Assembly: GCA_963742605.1 (NCBI GenBank)
Contig: CAVUNA010000014.1
Location: 591,200 to 655,199, forward strand
DNA: 64,000 nt
Reading direction: 5' to 3'
Source of the DNA: an uncultured Thermoleophilia bacterium
Lineage (GTDB): Bacteria > Actinomycetota > Thermoleophilia > Gaiellales > Gaiellaceae
Positions 36,712 through 46,055 of this stretch are shown here, in pieces (the first letter of the stretch is position 1; every line of letters begins with the position of its first letter). The position numbers were made by a program, and so were the translations under genes. Under the pieces are notes generated by a model. It made no database searches, was not told where the DNA came from, and saw nothing but the letters and a program-made list of their open reading frames with translations.

Positions 36712-37741
36712 GCACGCCGATGCCTCCAGGCTGCTCGAGTCGGCGCTCCGCGAAGGGCCCGTCCACGGGTACCTCTTCCACGGACCGCCCGGTGTCGGGA
36801 AGCGCGAGGTCGCGCGCGCGTTCGCACGCTCGCTCCTCGGTACCGAGCGCGAGTTCCACCCGGACCTGTACGAGCTCGACGCCCTCGGCGAGATGATCCG
36901 GATCGACGCGATCCGCGAGCTTCGGCGCGATCTGCACATGCGGCCGTTCGAAGCCGATCGGCGTGTGTATCTCATCTACCGCGCGCATCTGCTGAACGAG
37001 GACGCCGCCGACGCGCTCCTCAAGGATCTCGAAGAGCCGCCTTCCTATGCGGTGCTCGTCCTGATCGCCGACGATCTCGGGTCGATCCCGGAGACGATCC
37101 GCTCGCGCTGCCAGCTCGTCCCGTTCAGGCGCCTCTCGGAGCGCACGCTTCGCGAGCTCGTCGAGGCGCGGGCGCCGCAGCTCGCGGAGGCCGAACGGGC
37201 GGCGATCGCGCGCACGGCGGGTGGTCGCATGGATCGAGCAGACCGGCTGCTCGACCCGGCTTCGCGGGAGCGCCGCGACGCGCTGATCGACCAGGCCAGG
37301 CGTGTCTATCGTGATCCGGGCTTCGAGCCCGGCGACGCAGCGGCCACGCTGATCGACAACGCGCAGGCGCGCGCGGGCGAGGCCCGTGCAGTCGAGGAGG
37401 CACGAGTCGCCGAACTGGAGCTGACGGCACGCGAGGCCGAGCAGCGGGTGAAGCGCGCCGCCCGCGGCGCCGAGCGCGAAGAGCTGCTCGCTCAGCTCGA
37501 GGAGCTCGCCGCCTGGTACCGCGACCTGGTTGCGATCGCGGTGGGCGCCGAGGCCGCGGCGATTCACCTCGACAAGCTCGCGGAACTGCGGGACGACGCC
37601 ACGCGCGAGCGGCTTCTGGGAGCGGAGCGCGCCGTCGAGGAGGTGCGCGAGACGTGGCGCCGGCTCGAGGAGTTTCAGCTGCAGCCACAGCTCGCGCTCG
37701 AGAGCCTGTTCGTGCGCATCACGCGCGAGCTCGCGGCTTAA
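36686..37741 (+). CDS. holB: DNA polymerase III delta' subunit
   Basis: GTG 36686 lies inside track ORF 36473-37741. HGYLFHGPPGVGK, LKDLEEPP, IRSRCQ. The tmk-holB order is conserved in many bacteria. Confidence 0.8.
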   Translation: MSTFVRFSEHADASRLLESALREGPVHGYLFHGPPGVGKREVARAFARSLLGTEREFHPDLYELDALGEMIRIDAIRELRRDLHMRPFEADRRVYLIYRAHLLNEDAADALLKDLEEPPSYAVLVLIADDLGSIPETIRSRCQLVPFRRLSERTLRELVEARAPQLAEAERAAIARTAGGRMDRADRLLDPASRERRDALIDQARRVYRDPGFEPGDAAATLIDNAQARAGEARAVEEARVAELELTAREAEQRVKRAARGAEREELLAQLEELAAWYRDLVAIAVGAEAAAIHLDKLAELRDDATRERLLGAERAVEEVRETWRRLEEFQLQPQLALESLFVRITRELAA

Positions 37742-37777
37742 GAAAGAGCCAGACCGCGGCTACACTGAGCGCGCCCC

Positions 37778-37850
37778 GCCGACGTAGCTCAGCTGGTAGA
37801 GCACTTCACTCGTAATGAAGGGGTCCGCGGTTCGAATCCGCGCGTCGGCT
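37778..37850 (+). tRNA. tRNA-Thr (anticodon CGT)
   Basis: Folded by hand into a 73-nt cloverleaf. Acceptor GCCGACG/CGTCGGC, D-arm GCTC-AGCTGGTA-GAGC, anticodon arm CTTCA-CTCGTAA-TGAAG, T-arm CGCGG-TTCGAAT-CCGCG. Confidence 0.9.
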
Positions 37851-37859
37851 CTCTCGGCG

Positions 37860-38576
37860 TCAACTGGCAGCGTCGTCGTGCTCGGCCTTTCGGGTCATTC
37901 GGGCCGAATGCGACAGGTTCCCCACGAGCAGCGCGACCACGGTCACGAGGTAGACCTGGCCGAACAGAGCCTCGAGCACCGAGATGGTGTGCCCGAAGTT
38001 CCCGGCGGCCGTGTAGTCGCCGTAACCCAGGGTGGCGAGCGTCACGTAGCTGAAGTACAGGCGCAGCGACGTCGTCCCGTCCGTCCCCTGCGCGAAGAAC
38101 GGCCCGGAGCCGAGCGCGGCCGCGGCGCCGTAGGCGAACGTGAACAGGATCCCGATCAGGACGTACACGCAGACGGCGCCGGTGATCGACTGCTGATTGA
38201 CCTGTCCCTGGTCGAAGATGCCGACGCCGATCGCGAGCACGGTCGCTGCGACGAGCGTTACGTTCACGATCCAGATCACGCCCGCGAACTCGGACCCGCT
38301 GGTCATCAACGAGAGGACGACGGCGCCGACCGCCAACAGCCCGAGCCCCGTGACGACCCTCAAGTCGTGTGAGAGGCCAGACGTCCAGAGTGCGAGGGAG
38401 AGCGTCGCGCATTCCAGCAGCACGAACAAGCCACGGCTCCAGTCCCGGTCGGGCGCCGCTGCTGCGAACACGAACGTCACCATCACGAGAAGCAGCACCC
38501 ACCCGTAGCCACGGCTCGCCTTGAGGCGCGCCACGCGCGCGCCGGGACGCCAGTGCGTCCGTCCGGACCAGCTCAC
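37860..38576 (-). CDS. Potassium channel family protein
   Basis: Selectivity filter TLATLGYGD. The start is either GTG 38576 (GTGA overlap with the RDD stop) or GTG 38534. Track ORF 37860-38831 is over-extended. Confidence 0.75.
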   Translation of the reverse strand: MSWSGRTHWRPGARVARLKASRGYGWVLLLVMVTFVFAAAAPDRDWSRGLFVLLECATLSLALWTSGLSHDLRVVTGLGLLAVGAVVLSLMTSGSEFAGVIWIVNVTLVAATVLAIGVGIFDQGQVNQQSITGAVCVYVLIGILFTFAYGAAAALGSGPFFAQGTDGTTSLRLYFSYVTLATLGYGDYTAAGNFGHTISVLEALFGQVYLVTVVALLVGNLSHSARMTRKAEHDDAAS

Positions 38577-39643
38577 TGCTTGGCGCGCACGGTCGTACCG
38601 GCGAGGAAGTCTGCGAGACCTCTTCGCCGCGCGTCGAAGAGGATCGGCAGGAAGCCGGTGAACAGGAGGGCGATCGAGACGATGAGACCGACGAAACGGA
38701 TCGTAGAGCGGAGGAACGACGGTGGATCTCCGCGCGCGTCCGTCACGCCGAGACGCATCAGGCTCATGCCGGGCGTCTCCCCGGCGACCGCCCAGAAGAA
38801 GACGAAGTACACGGCGACGACGATGAACCACCCGACGGCGATGAGCGTGTCGACGAGCCAGTTCGACCCCAGGCCGCCCGCGAGCGACGCGACGAGCGCG
38901 ATCACACCACCGATGACGAGGACCGCGAGCTGGGCGAGCAGCGCGTCGCTCGCGAGCGCGACCGTGCGCGTTGCGATGCCGCCGTAATGCACGTCTGCGT
39001 CGGGCGACGCGCGTGGCAGGAACCGGTCGTCCAGGTGCCTCAACCGCGTGCGGATCGTCCCCATCAGCTCGCCGGCCATCGACGTCGTCTGGCGTGCAAG
39101 CGCCGCATGGACTTGCGGGCTTCCGAGCAGTCGTTCGACTACCTCGCCGGTCAGCTTGCTCTCGACGGCCGATGTGGCGAGTCGCTCGAGCGCGGGGTTG
39201 GCCAGCGCGCGCTCGAACTGCTCGTGCGTCCGCTCGTCTGCGAGGACCTGCGTCACCAGCGCGTCGAGGTCGATCTGCTTGATCACGTCCGCCGCGATCC
39301 GCTCGACCACGTGGTGCTCGACGAGCTTCTGTGCGACCTGGTCGGGAAGCGGCCCCGCGAGCGTGCGGTCGACCGCGCTCTCGACGAGGGCGCGACCCTG
39401 TGCAGACGCGGCCTTGCCGTCGGCGCCGAGAACGCCGGTCGCGCGCTCGACCCGGCTCGCGCCGGCAAGCCGTCCGGCGACCCGCAGCGGCAGGATCGCC
39501 ACCCGCCCGGCCCGCACGCCGAGCCGTGTGCCGAAGACGACGACGCCGACTGCAACGTCCTCCGGACGCCGCCCTGCCTTGGGATCACGGCGCGTGGGCA
39601 GCGAGGAGGGCGTGCCGTCCGTCTTGTCCTCGTTGCCGGGCAT
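38573..39643 (-). CDS. RDD family membrane protein
   Basis: 356 aa. The C-terminal RDD-type domain reads ...GETPGMSLMRLGVTDARGDPPSFLRSTIRFVGLIVS...DARRRGLADFLAGT. Confidence 0.7.
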   Translation of the reverse strand: MPGNEDKTDGTPSSLPTRRDPKAGRRPEDVAVGVVVFGTRLGVRAGRVAILPLRVAGRLAGASRVERATGVLGADGKAASAQGRALVESAVDRTLAGPLPDQVAQKLVEHHVVERIAADVIKQIDLDALVTQVLADERTHEQFERALANPALERLATSAVESKLTGEVVERLLGSPQVHAALARQTTSMAGELMGTIRTRLRHLDDRFLPRASPDADVHYGGIATRTVALASDALLAQLAVLVIGGVIALVASLAGGLGSNWLVDTLIAVGWFIVVAVYFVFFWAVAGETPGMSLMRLGVTDARGDPPSFLRSTIRFVGLIVSIALLFTGFLPILFDARRRGLADFLAGTTVRAKQ

Positions 39644-39669
39644 GGGCCCATCCTGGCAGACTCGGGACC

Positions 39670-40236
39670 GTGCCAGAGCTCGCGGCGATCAGCGCCGACC
39701 TCGAGGCCGCGCTCGAGCACGTGAGCATTCCGGCCTACGTGCTGGATCCGGCCGGTGTCATCCGCTGGATCAACCACGCGGGGCGGAGCATCGTCGGTGA
39801 CGTCACCGGGCGTCAGTTCACCTCGCTCGTCGCGCCCGAGGAGACTCGCCACGTCCGCGAGATGTTCGCGCGGAAGGTCGCAGGCCGGACGCTCGTGACC
39901 GACTTCGACTCCATCGTCACCCCGATTGACGGGGCGCGACTCGGCATTCAGGTCAGCTCCGTGCCGCTGATGAGCGGCGACCGGGTGGTCGGCGTCTTCG
40001 GCCAGGTGGCCCGCATCGACTGGGAGGCGCCGCCCATGCCCCAGCTCGACCTGACGCCGCGCCAGACGGAGGTCCTGCGGCTGCTCGAACAGGGGCGCTC
40101 GACCGACGAGATCGCCGCCGAGCTGCATCTGAGCCGCGACACCGTTCGCAACCACGTACGCGGCCTGTTGCGGTCGCTCGGCGTGAAGTCGCGCCTCGAG
40201 GCCGTCGCGCTGGCCCACGGCGACCTCGTGCACTAG
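39670..40236 (+). CDS. PAS-like sensor + LuxR-type HTH transcriptional regulator
   Basis: GTG 39670 lies inside track ORF 39331-40236. C-terminal LTPRQTEVLRLLEQGRSTDEIAAELHLSRDTVRNHVRGLLRSLGV. Confidence 0.75.
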   Translation: MPELAAISADLEAALEHVSIPAYVLDPAGVIRWINHAGRSIVGDVTGRQFTSLVAPEETRHVREMFARKVAGRTLVTDFDSIVTPIDGARLGIQVSSVPLMSGDRVVGVFGQVARIDWEAPPMPQLDLTPRQTEVLRLLEQGRSTDEIAAELHLSRDTVRNHVRGLLRSLGVKSRLEAVALAHGDLVH

Positions 40237-40243
40237 AAACCGA

Positions 40244-42172
40244 GTGCGCCGGTCTCTCGCCGCCGTCGCGCTCGTCTGTCTCGTCGGAGCCGGTCGAGCC
40301 GGCGCCGCCACGCTCGACGCGCAGCGGGCGCTCGCGGCGCGCTTTGCGCCGGTCCTCGAACTGGTCGAGCAGAAGGAGGTGTGCGGGCCGGGCGAGCCGT
40401 ATCGGCCGATCGACATCAAGGTGATCCTCGGCAACGACACCGTGGCGTTGCGAGGCCCGTGGAGCGGCTCCGACCTCGTCACGATCGGGCCGACCGCAGC
40501 CGAGCTGGGCCGCGGCCTCTTCGACTACCACCTCGACTTTCCCGGGAATCCGCTCCGCGCCGGCTGCGGCTACGAGCGGTGGGAACGCGAGATCGCGGCG
40601 GGCACGGAGCCGACCGTGTACGCGCACGTCGCCACCGAGCCGGGCTACCCCGGTCGACTCGCGCTGCAGTACTGGCTCTTCTACGTCTTCAACGACTTCG
40701 GGAACCCGCACGAAGGCGACTGGGAGATGATTCAACTCGACTTCGACGCCGCGAACGCGACGCAGGCGCTCGCACGGAAACCGACCGCGGTCGGCTATTC
40801 GCAGCACGAGGGCGCGGAGCGCGCCGAGTGGGGCGATGAGAAGCTGAACGTCGTCGGCGGCACGCACCCCGTCGTCTACGTCGCCGACGGCTCGCACGCC
40901 AATTTCTTCGACTCGGCGCTCTTCGTCGGGCGGTCCGCCGAGGAAGGTGTCGGCTGCGACGACACGCGTGGTCCCCACACGACGGTCATTCCGATCGTGC
41001 GCACGATCCCCAGCGCACCGGCGGCCGCACGTGCTGCGTACCCGTGGATCGCCTTCGAGGGGCGGTGGGGCGAGTTGCAGCCGGTGTTCTTCAACGGCCC
41101 GACCGGGCCGAACCTGAAACCACAGTGGACCGAGCCGATCACCTGGTCGCTCGGTTGGCGGGATCGCAGCTACGCGATCCCTGCCGGCGGCGTGCTCGGC
41201 ACCAACGCCACCGACTTCTTCTGCCGTGCGGTCACGCGGGGATCGAACGTCGTCCGCCGTTTCGTCCACCGGCCGTTGCTCGTCCTCGGCCTGATCGTCG
41301 CCATCGCGGCATTCGCGGCCTGGTTGGCGACGAAGACCAGTTGGCGTCCGGCTGCGCCGCTTCGGCTCGCTCGGAGACGGTCGTGGGGTCAGCTGGTCAC
41401 GGCGTCCTGGCGGATGTACGCGAAGCGTCCGGTCCTCTTCACCGGCATCGGGTTGCTGACGATCCCGATCTCGATCGTCCTGACGCTGTTGCAGTCCGCC
41501 ATCATCCATGCGTCGAGCTTCGTCGGGCTGGCGAGGAGCGGCGAGGGCGGCGGCGATCGTGCGTGGCTGATCCTCGCGATCGGCGTGTTCTTCAGCCTGT
41601 TCGGGCTCTGCCTCGTTCAGGGCGCCGCGGCACGCGCGATGAGCGAGCTCGACTCGGGCCGGCGCATCGGCATCTTCCGCTCGTACAGCCTGGCGTTCTC
41701 CGGCATCGGCCCGCTGCTACGCGCACTCGTGATCGCGGTTCCGGTCGTGACGCTGCTCACGCTGTCGCTCTACCTCATTCCGATCGCGATCGTGGTCGCG
41801 GTTCGCTGGGCGCTGTTCGTGCCGTGCACCGAGCTCGGTGGCGCAAGCGGACTCGGCGCCCTTCGGCGTAGTGCGACCCTGGTTCGGATCCGGTGGCCGA
41901 CGGTCCTCTCGCTGGTCGTCGTCACGGCGATACTCGTCCTGCTCTCGGGCCCCGTGCTCGGCGGGCTCCTGTTGTTGACGACCGGCGCTTCATTCGGCGT
42001 CATCAACGCCGTCTCGGGGGTCGTCTATGCGCTCGCAATGCCCTTCGTCGGCATCACGACGACGTTCGTCTACTACGACGCGTTGACGCGCGAGCACCTC
42101 ACGCAGGGGGAGAGCTCGGTGGACGAGCTTCCGGCCGAGCTCACGCTCCCGGTCGGGCCGGCGCAGGCGTGA
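40244..42172 (+). CDS. Vps62-like extracytoplasmic domain fused to a polytopic membrane domain
   Basis: 642 aa with a signal peptide. QYWLFYVFNDFGNPHEGDWEMIQLDF resembles the Vps62 (PF06101-type) core. The C-terminal ~300 aa contain about 6-7 TM helices. Confidence 0.5.
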   Translation: MRRSLAAVALVCLVGAGRAGAATLDAQRALAARFAPVLELVEQKEVCGPGEPYRPIDIKVILGNDTVALRGPWSGSDLVTIGPTAAELGRGLFDYHLDFPGNPLRAGCGYERWEREIAAGTEPTVYAHVATEPGYPGRLALQYWLFYVFNDFGNPHEGDWEMIQLDFDAANATQALARKPTAVGYSQHEGAERAEWGDEKLNVVGGTHPVVYVADGSHANFFDSALFVGRSAEEGVGCDDTRGPHTTVIPIVRTIPSAPAAARAAYPWIAFEGRWGELQPVFFNGPTGPNLKPQWTEPITWSLGWRDRSYAIPAGGVLGTNATDFFCRAVTRGSNVVRRFVHRPLLVLGLIVAIAAFAAWLATKTSWRPAAPLRLARRRSWGQLVTASWRMYAKRPVLFTGIGLLTIPISIVLTLLQSAIIHASSFVGLARSGEGGGDRAWLILAIGVFFSLFGLCLVQGAAARAMSELDSGRRIGIFRSYSLAFSGIGPLLRALVIAVPVVTLLTLSLYLIPIAIVVAVRWALFVPCTELGGASGLGALRRSATLVRIRWPTVLSLVVVTAILVLLSGPVLGGLLLLTTGASFGVINAVSGVVYALAMPFVGITTTFVYYDALTREHLTQGESSVDELPAELTLPVGPAQA

Positions 42173-42271
42173 AACCAGTGGAGATTGCCTGCAAACCCGC
42201 GGTTGTTGTAGGTTCTCGCCGGTCGCGGCAAGCCGCCGGGCGCCCCCAACGCATCTGAGGAAAGGACCAAC

Positions 42272-42655
42272 GTGATTCTTGCCACCAGCTTCTTGACGTT
42301 CCTGTGGAGCCTGATCGTCATCTTCTTCATGGTCGTCTACTTCATCATCCTGTTCTCGGTCATCATCGACGTGTTCCGGCGCCATGACGCATCAGGCGGC
42401 AAGAAGGCGCTCTGGCTGATCTTCATCTTCGTCTTCCCATTCCTGGGTCTGATCGTCTACCTGATCACGAACGGCGACGGCATCGCGCAGCGGCACGCCG
42501 CCGAGAATCAGCAGCAGCAGCAGCAGTTCGACGCCTACGTTCAGAACGTGGCCGGGGGCTCGGCCGAGCAGATCGCGAAGGCGAAGGATCTGCTGGACAG
42601 CGGCGCGATCACGCAGGCGGAGTTCGATCAGCTCAAGGCGAAGGCGCTCGCATAG
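42272..42655 (+). CDS. PLDc_N (cardiolipin synthase N-terminal-like) + SHOCT domain membrane protein
   Basis: 127 aa. VIIDVFRRHDASGGKKALWLIFIFVFPFLGLIVYLI is PLDc_N-like. C-terminal LLDSGAITQAEFDQLKAKAL is SHOCT-like. Confidence 0.65.
   Translation: MILATSFLTFLWSLIVIFFMVVYFIILFSVIIDVFRRHDASGGKKALWLIFIFVFPFLGLIVYLITNGDGIAQRHAAENQQQQQQFDAYVQNVAGGSAEQIAKAKDLLDSGAITQAEFDQLKAKALA
42509..42526 (+). repeat. (CAG)6 trinucleotide repeat encoding Gln6
   Basis: A direct read of cagcagcagcagcagcag, in frame in the PLDc_N/SHOCT gene (NQQQQQQF). Confidence 0.9.
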
Positions 42656-42673
42656 CCTGACGTTCTCGCGCGT

Positions 42674-42706
42674 GGCCGCAGGAGCGCAGCGCCGGCTCCT
42701 GCGGCC
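42674..42706 (+). terminator. 12-bp-stem hairpin terminator candidate
   Basis: GGCCGCAGGAGC-9 nt-GCTCCTGCGGCC, 19 nt after the stop at 42655. Confidence 0.55.
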
Positions 42707-42743
42707 GATAATCGGCCGGGCAAGCAACCGGTAGGAGGACAAC

Positions 42744-43151
42744 ATGTCCCGGAGCACCGCCTGGAGCGGCTGGATCGGGTTCGCAGGCCTGGTGATGATC
42801 ATCATCGGCGGCCTGAACTTCTTCGAGGGCCTGATCGCGGTGATCAGGGGTCAGTACTACGTCGTCACCGGCGACCAGGTCCTCCTGTTCGACTTCACGA
42901 CCTGGGGCTGGATCCTGATCGTGTGGGGGGTGATCGTCGGCCTGGCCGGATTCGGGCTGCTTGCCGGGTCGACCTGGTCCCGCTGGTTCACGATCGTCGT
43001 CGCCGGCCTGAACATCTTCATCCAGCTCGGTTTCGTCGGAAGCTCGCAGTATCCGTTGTGGGCGCTCACGATCCTGGCGCTGAACGTGGTCGTCTTTTAC
43101 GCCCTGACCGTCCGCTGGGGTGAGGCGAGGCGCGACCTCGGCGGCGTCTGA
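42744..43151 (+). CDS. Small four-TM membrane protein (DUF308/DUF7144-like)
   Basis: 135 aa. WSGWIGFAGLVMIIIGGLNFFEGLIAVI and WGWILIVWGVIVGLAGFGLLAG. Confidence 0.55.
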   Translation: MSRSTAWSGWIGFAGLVMIIIGGLNFFEGLIAVIRGQYYVVTGDQVLLFDFTTWGWILIVWGVIVGLAGFGLLAGSTWSRWFTIVVAGLNIFIQLGFVGSSQYPLWALTILALNVVVFYALTVRWGEARRDLGGV

Positions 43152-43253
43152 CGAAGGGGAGGGAGATCGGTTGGATCTCTTCGTCTCCGCGCCGGAGGGC
43201 GAGTAACCTCTGCGCCACCGACGCCCCCTTCGAGCAGAAAGGCAGGTTCGACG

Positions 43254-43838
43254 ATGACGACGATCGGCATCGACGACGACAGGCAGATCGTCGAAGCGTT
43301 CCAGGCTGCCACCAAACTCTGGTGGCTCTTCCTCGTGATCGGAACCGCCTGGCTCCTGTTCGCGATCATCGTGTTCCGGTTCGACTGGCGGAGCGTGTCG
43401 GCGATCTCGATCGTGTTCGGCGTCGTCGTTCTCGCTGCCGCCGTCGACGAGATCCTGGTCGCGTTCTCGGGCGGTCAGAGCGGCTGGATGGTGGCCCTGC
43501 GGCTCGTGGTCGCAGCGGCGCTGGTCGTGATCGGCGTGATCGCCTTCATCCACCCCGGCAACACGTTCGCCGCGCTGGCGGCGGTGATGAGCTTCTACTT
43601 CATCATCAAGGGAGCGTTCAACATGATCGTCGCGTTTGCGACGCGCAAGGAAGCCGAGCTCTGGTGGCTCACGCTCCTGATCGGCCTCGCCGAGCTGCTG
43701 CTCGGCTTCTGGGCCGCCGGCGACTTCGGCCATCGCCAGATCCTGCTCATCGTCTGGGTCGGAGCACTCGCGCTGATGCGCGGGATCAGCTCGATCGTCT
43801 TCGCTTTTCGGGTGCGCGACCTGCGCGAAGCGGCCTGA
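43254..43838 (+). CDS. HdeD/DUF308 family membrane protein
   Basis: 194 aa. Repeated TM pairs: WWLFLVIGTAWLLFAIIVF...WWLTLLIGLAELLLGFWA. Confidence 0.6.
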   Translation: MTTIGIDDDRQIVEAFQAATKLWWLFLVIGTAWLLFAIIVFRFDWRSVSAISIVFGVVVLAAAVDEILVAFSGGQSGWMVALRLVVAAALVVIGVIAFIHPGNTFAALAAVMSFYFIIKGAFNMIVAFATRKEAELWWLTLLIGLAELLLGFWAAGDFGHRQILLIVWVGALALMRGISSIVFAFRVRDLREAA

Positions 43839-43853
43839 CCGGAGTCAGGCCGC
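43830..43853. terminator. Bidirectional hairpin spanning both stop codons
   Basis: GCGGCCTGA-ccggag-TCAGGCCGC. The TGA of the + gene and the TCA (=TGA) of the - gene lie in the stem. Confidence 0.55.
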
Positions 43854-44201
43854 TTCGGCAGGTGACGCGCCGTCGGGGAGGGAAGCGGTTTCGGTCTGGG
43901 CGGTCTCGGGCAGCGCGGCCGACCAGCTGATCTCGCCGGCGCGCAGGATGTAGGCCCGGGCGTCGAGCGAGAAGCGGATGGCGACGAGCCGGCGATCTGC
44001 CACCCAGCGCTCCGCCGTGCGCAGCAGCGCGGCGAGATCGTCGTCCTCACGGAGCTCGGCGCCGACGATCCAGACGTCGTCCCAGCGCTCGGTCCAGGCG
44101 ATGCAGCGTTCGTGGAGAATCCGGGCGAGATCGTCGGCGTCGTCGGGAGAGGGAAGCTCGAACAGCACCGCGTCGGTCGCGAGTAGGGAGACGTCATTCA
44201 T
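43845..44201 (-). CDS. Hypothetical acidic protein
   Basis: ORF trimmed to ATG 44201. No family recognised. Confidence 0.35.
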   Translation of the reverse strand: MNDVSLLATDAVLFELPSPDDADDLARILHERCIAWTERWDDVWIVGAELREDDDLAALLRTAERWVADRRLVAIRFSLDARAYILRAGEISWSAALPETAQTETASLPDGASPAEAA

Positions 44202-44236
44202 GTGCGACAGCGTCGCCGAGAAGCGACCACGCTCGT

Positions 44237-45376
44237 ATGAGCCGTTTGCGTCAATTCGTGGTGGTCCGGTGGGATGACGAGATGAGCGAGTCAGACGACC
44301 CGAGCGCAAACGGATCCCGTCGTCAGCCGCCCGTTCTCGACGTGGACGACCTCGTCGTCGAGGTCGAGGCGGAGACGGTCGGCGACGGCAAGAGCTTCGA
44401 GCGCAAGGTCCTCACGCGCGTCGTCCTGCTGTGCATCACGGCGATCTCGCTCTACCTGCTCGCCCCGAGCCTGCTGCAGGTCTTCTCGTCGTGGACGCAG
44501 CTACGGAGCCTCAACCCGTACTGGATCGTCCCGGCAGTGCTGTTCGAGGCGGCCAGCTTCGTGTCGCTCTGGGCGCTGCAGCGCGTCGCGCTCCGCACGC
44601 GAAGCTGGTTCGCCGTCGCGACCTCGCAGCTCTCGGCCAACGCGGCCGGCAGCATCATTCCCGGTGGCGGGGCCGCGGCTGCTGCCGTGCAGTTCGGGAT
44701 CCTCGTCCAGTCGGGCGTGCCGGGGGCCAACGTCGCCTCGGGTCTGACGGCAACCCTCGCCGCCACGACCGGAGCGCTCTTCGCGATTCCGGTCGTCGGC
44801 GCCGTCGCGGCGATCGGCGGCACGGCTGCGCCTCGGGGGCTGCGCGACGTCGCCTATCTCGGCGCCGGTGCATTCGTCCTGCTCGCGATTGTCGCCCTCG
44901 TTGCGTTCGCCTGGGACGAGCCGCTTCGGCTGGTCGGGCGGGGGGTCCGCACCGCCGCGGGCTGGATCAAGAAGGGCGATCGGTTCGAGGAGCTTCCCGA
45001 TCGTCTGATCAGGCAGCGCGATCAGATCCGAGCCGCGTTCACCGAGCATCCGCTGGTCGCGTTCTTCGCGACGATCGGAAAGTGGGCCTTCGACTACTTC
45101 GCGCTGATCTGCATCCTCGCCGCGCTCGACCTGCGACCTGAGCCGGCCCTCGTCCTGCTCGCATACGGCGCCGCGCAGCTGCTGAGCATGATCCCGGCCA
45201 CACCGGGCGGGCTCGGGTTCGTCGAGGCGGGCCTCGTCGGCCTGCTGGCACTTGCCGGTGTCAACGCCGGGGATGCCGCGGTTGCGACGCTCGGGTACCG
45301 GCTCGTCAGCTACTGGCTGCCGCTCCCCGCCGGGCTCGTCGCCTACGTGCTGGCGAAGCGCCACCGTTGGTCTTGA
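44237..45376 (+). CDS. Lysylphosphatidylglycerol-synthase-TM-region / flippase-like (UPF0104) membrane protein
   Basis: 379 aa, about 8 TM helices. C-terminal MIPATPGGLGFVEAGLVGLL is typical of the family. The start may be ATG 44282. Confidence 0.6.
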   Translation: MSRLRQFVVVRWDDEMSESDDPSANGSRRQPPVLDVDDLVVEVEAETVGDGKSFERKVLTRVVLLCITAISLYLLAPSLLQVFSSWTQLRSLNPYWIVPAVLFEAASFVSLWALQRVALRTRSWFAVATSQLSANAAGSIIPGGGAAAAAVQFGILVQSGVPGANVASGLTATLAATTGALFAIPVVGAVAAIGGTAAPRGLRDVAYLGAGAFVLLAIVALVAFAWDEPLRLVGRGVRTAAGWIKKGDRFEELPDRLIRQRDQIRAAFTEHPLVAFFATIGKWAFDYFALICILAALDLRPEPALVLLAYGAAQLLSMIPATPGGLGFVEAGLVGLLALAGVNAGDAAVATLGYRLVSYWLPLPAGLVAYVLAKRHRWS

Positions 45377-45403
45377 GCAACAAGAGGGCGCTATCTTGGC
45401 GCG

Positions 45404-46018
45404 GTGTTCGGTGAGAAGGCGAGGTCGCGGATTCCGGCGCCATGGCGGAGAGTGCTCGACTGGGTGATCACGATCGCGGCCGCCGTCGCGATCGTTCTCG
45501 TCTTCGAGGCCGAGGTCGCGAAGCCGTATCGGATCCCGTCCGAGTCGATGGAGCCGACCTTGCACTGCGCGCGGCCGGCGGAGGGGTGCGAGGCGCGATT
45601 CTCCGATCGGGTCATCGCCTGCGAGCTCTGCTACCGCTTCGGCGACCCCACGCGCGGGCAGATCGTGGTCTTCGATGCCCCTCCGGCTGCGGCGACGCGT
45701 TGCGGGGCCGCCGGCACCTACGTCAAGCGGTTGATCGGGTTGCCGGGCGAGACGGTTCACGAGGACGGCTCGAGTCACATCTGGATCGACGGCAAGGAGC
45801 TCCACGAGCCGTACGTGACGGCCGCGGCGCGTGCACAGGACGTGTCGTACCGAAACCACACGTGGCACGTGCCCGCAGGTTCGTACTTCATGATGGGTGA
45901 CAACCGGGGCAGCTCCTGCGACTCGCGCTCCTGGGGATTCGTTCCCCGCCGAAGCCTGATCGGGCCGGTCGTGATGGACTACTGGCCGCCGACGCGCGTC
46001 AACTTCTGGAGCCCGTGA
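45404..46018 (+). CDS. lepB: Signal peptidase I (S26)
   Basis: IPSESMEPTL (Ser nucleophile), YVKRLIGLPGE (Lys), MMGDNRGSSCDSRSWGFV. Confidence 0.85.
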   Translation: MFGEKARSRIPAPWRRVLDWVITIAAAVAIVLVFEAEVAKPYRIPSESMEPTLHCARPAEGCEARFSDRVIACELCYRFGDPTRGQIVVFDAPPAAATRCGAAGTYVKRLIGLPGETVHEDGSSHIWIDGKELHEPYVTAAARAQDVSYRNHTWHVPAGSYFMMGDNRGSSCDSRSWGFVPRRSLIGPVVMDYWPPTRVNFWSP

Positions 46019-46055
46019 GCCACCAGGCGCCCGTTCGGGCGTAGAATCTCTGGCC

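Noticed and set aside
37851-39700. Possible genomic island integrated at tRNA-Thr.
   Set aside because: Downstream there is no integrase, no repeat of the tRNA 3' end that I could spot, and no compositional shift. The neighbouring genes are ordinary membrane proteins.
42509-42526. A repeat array as a possible CRISPR or phase-variation switch. I also scanned the window for direct repeats of 24-40 bp with regular spacing.
   Set aside because: It is only a six-unit in-frame CAG tract, which cannot shift the frame. I noticed no regularly spaced repeats anywhere in the window.
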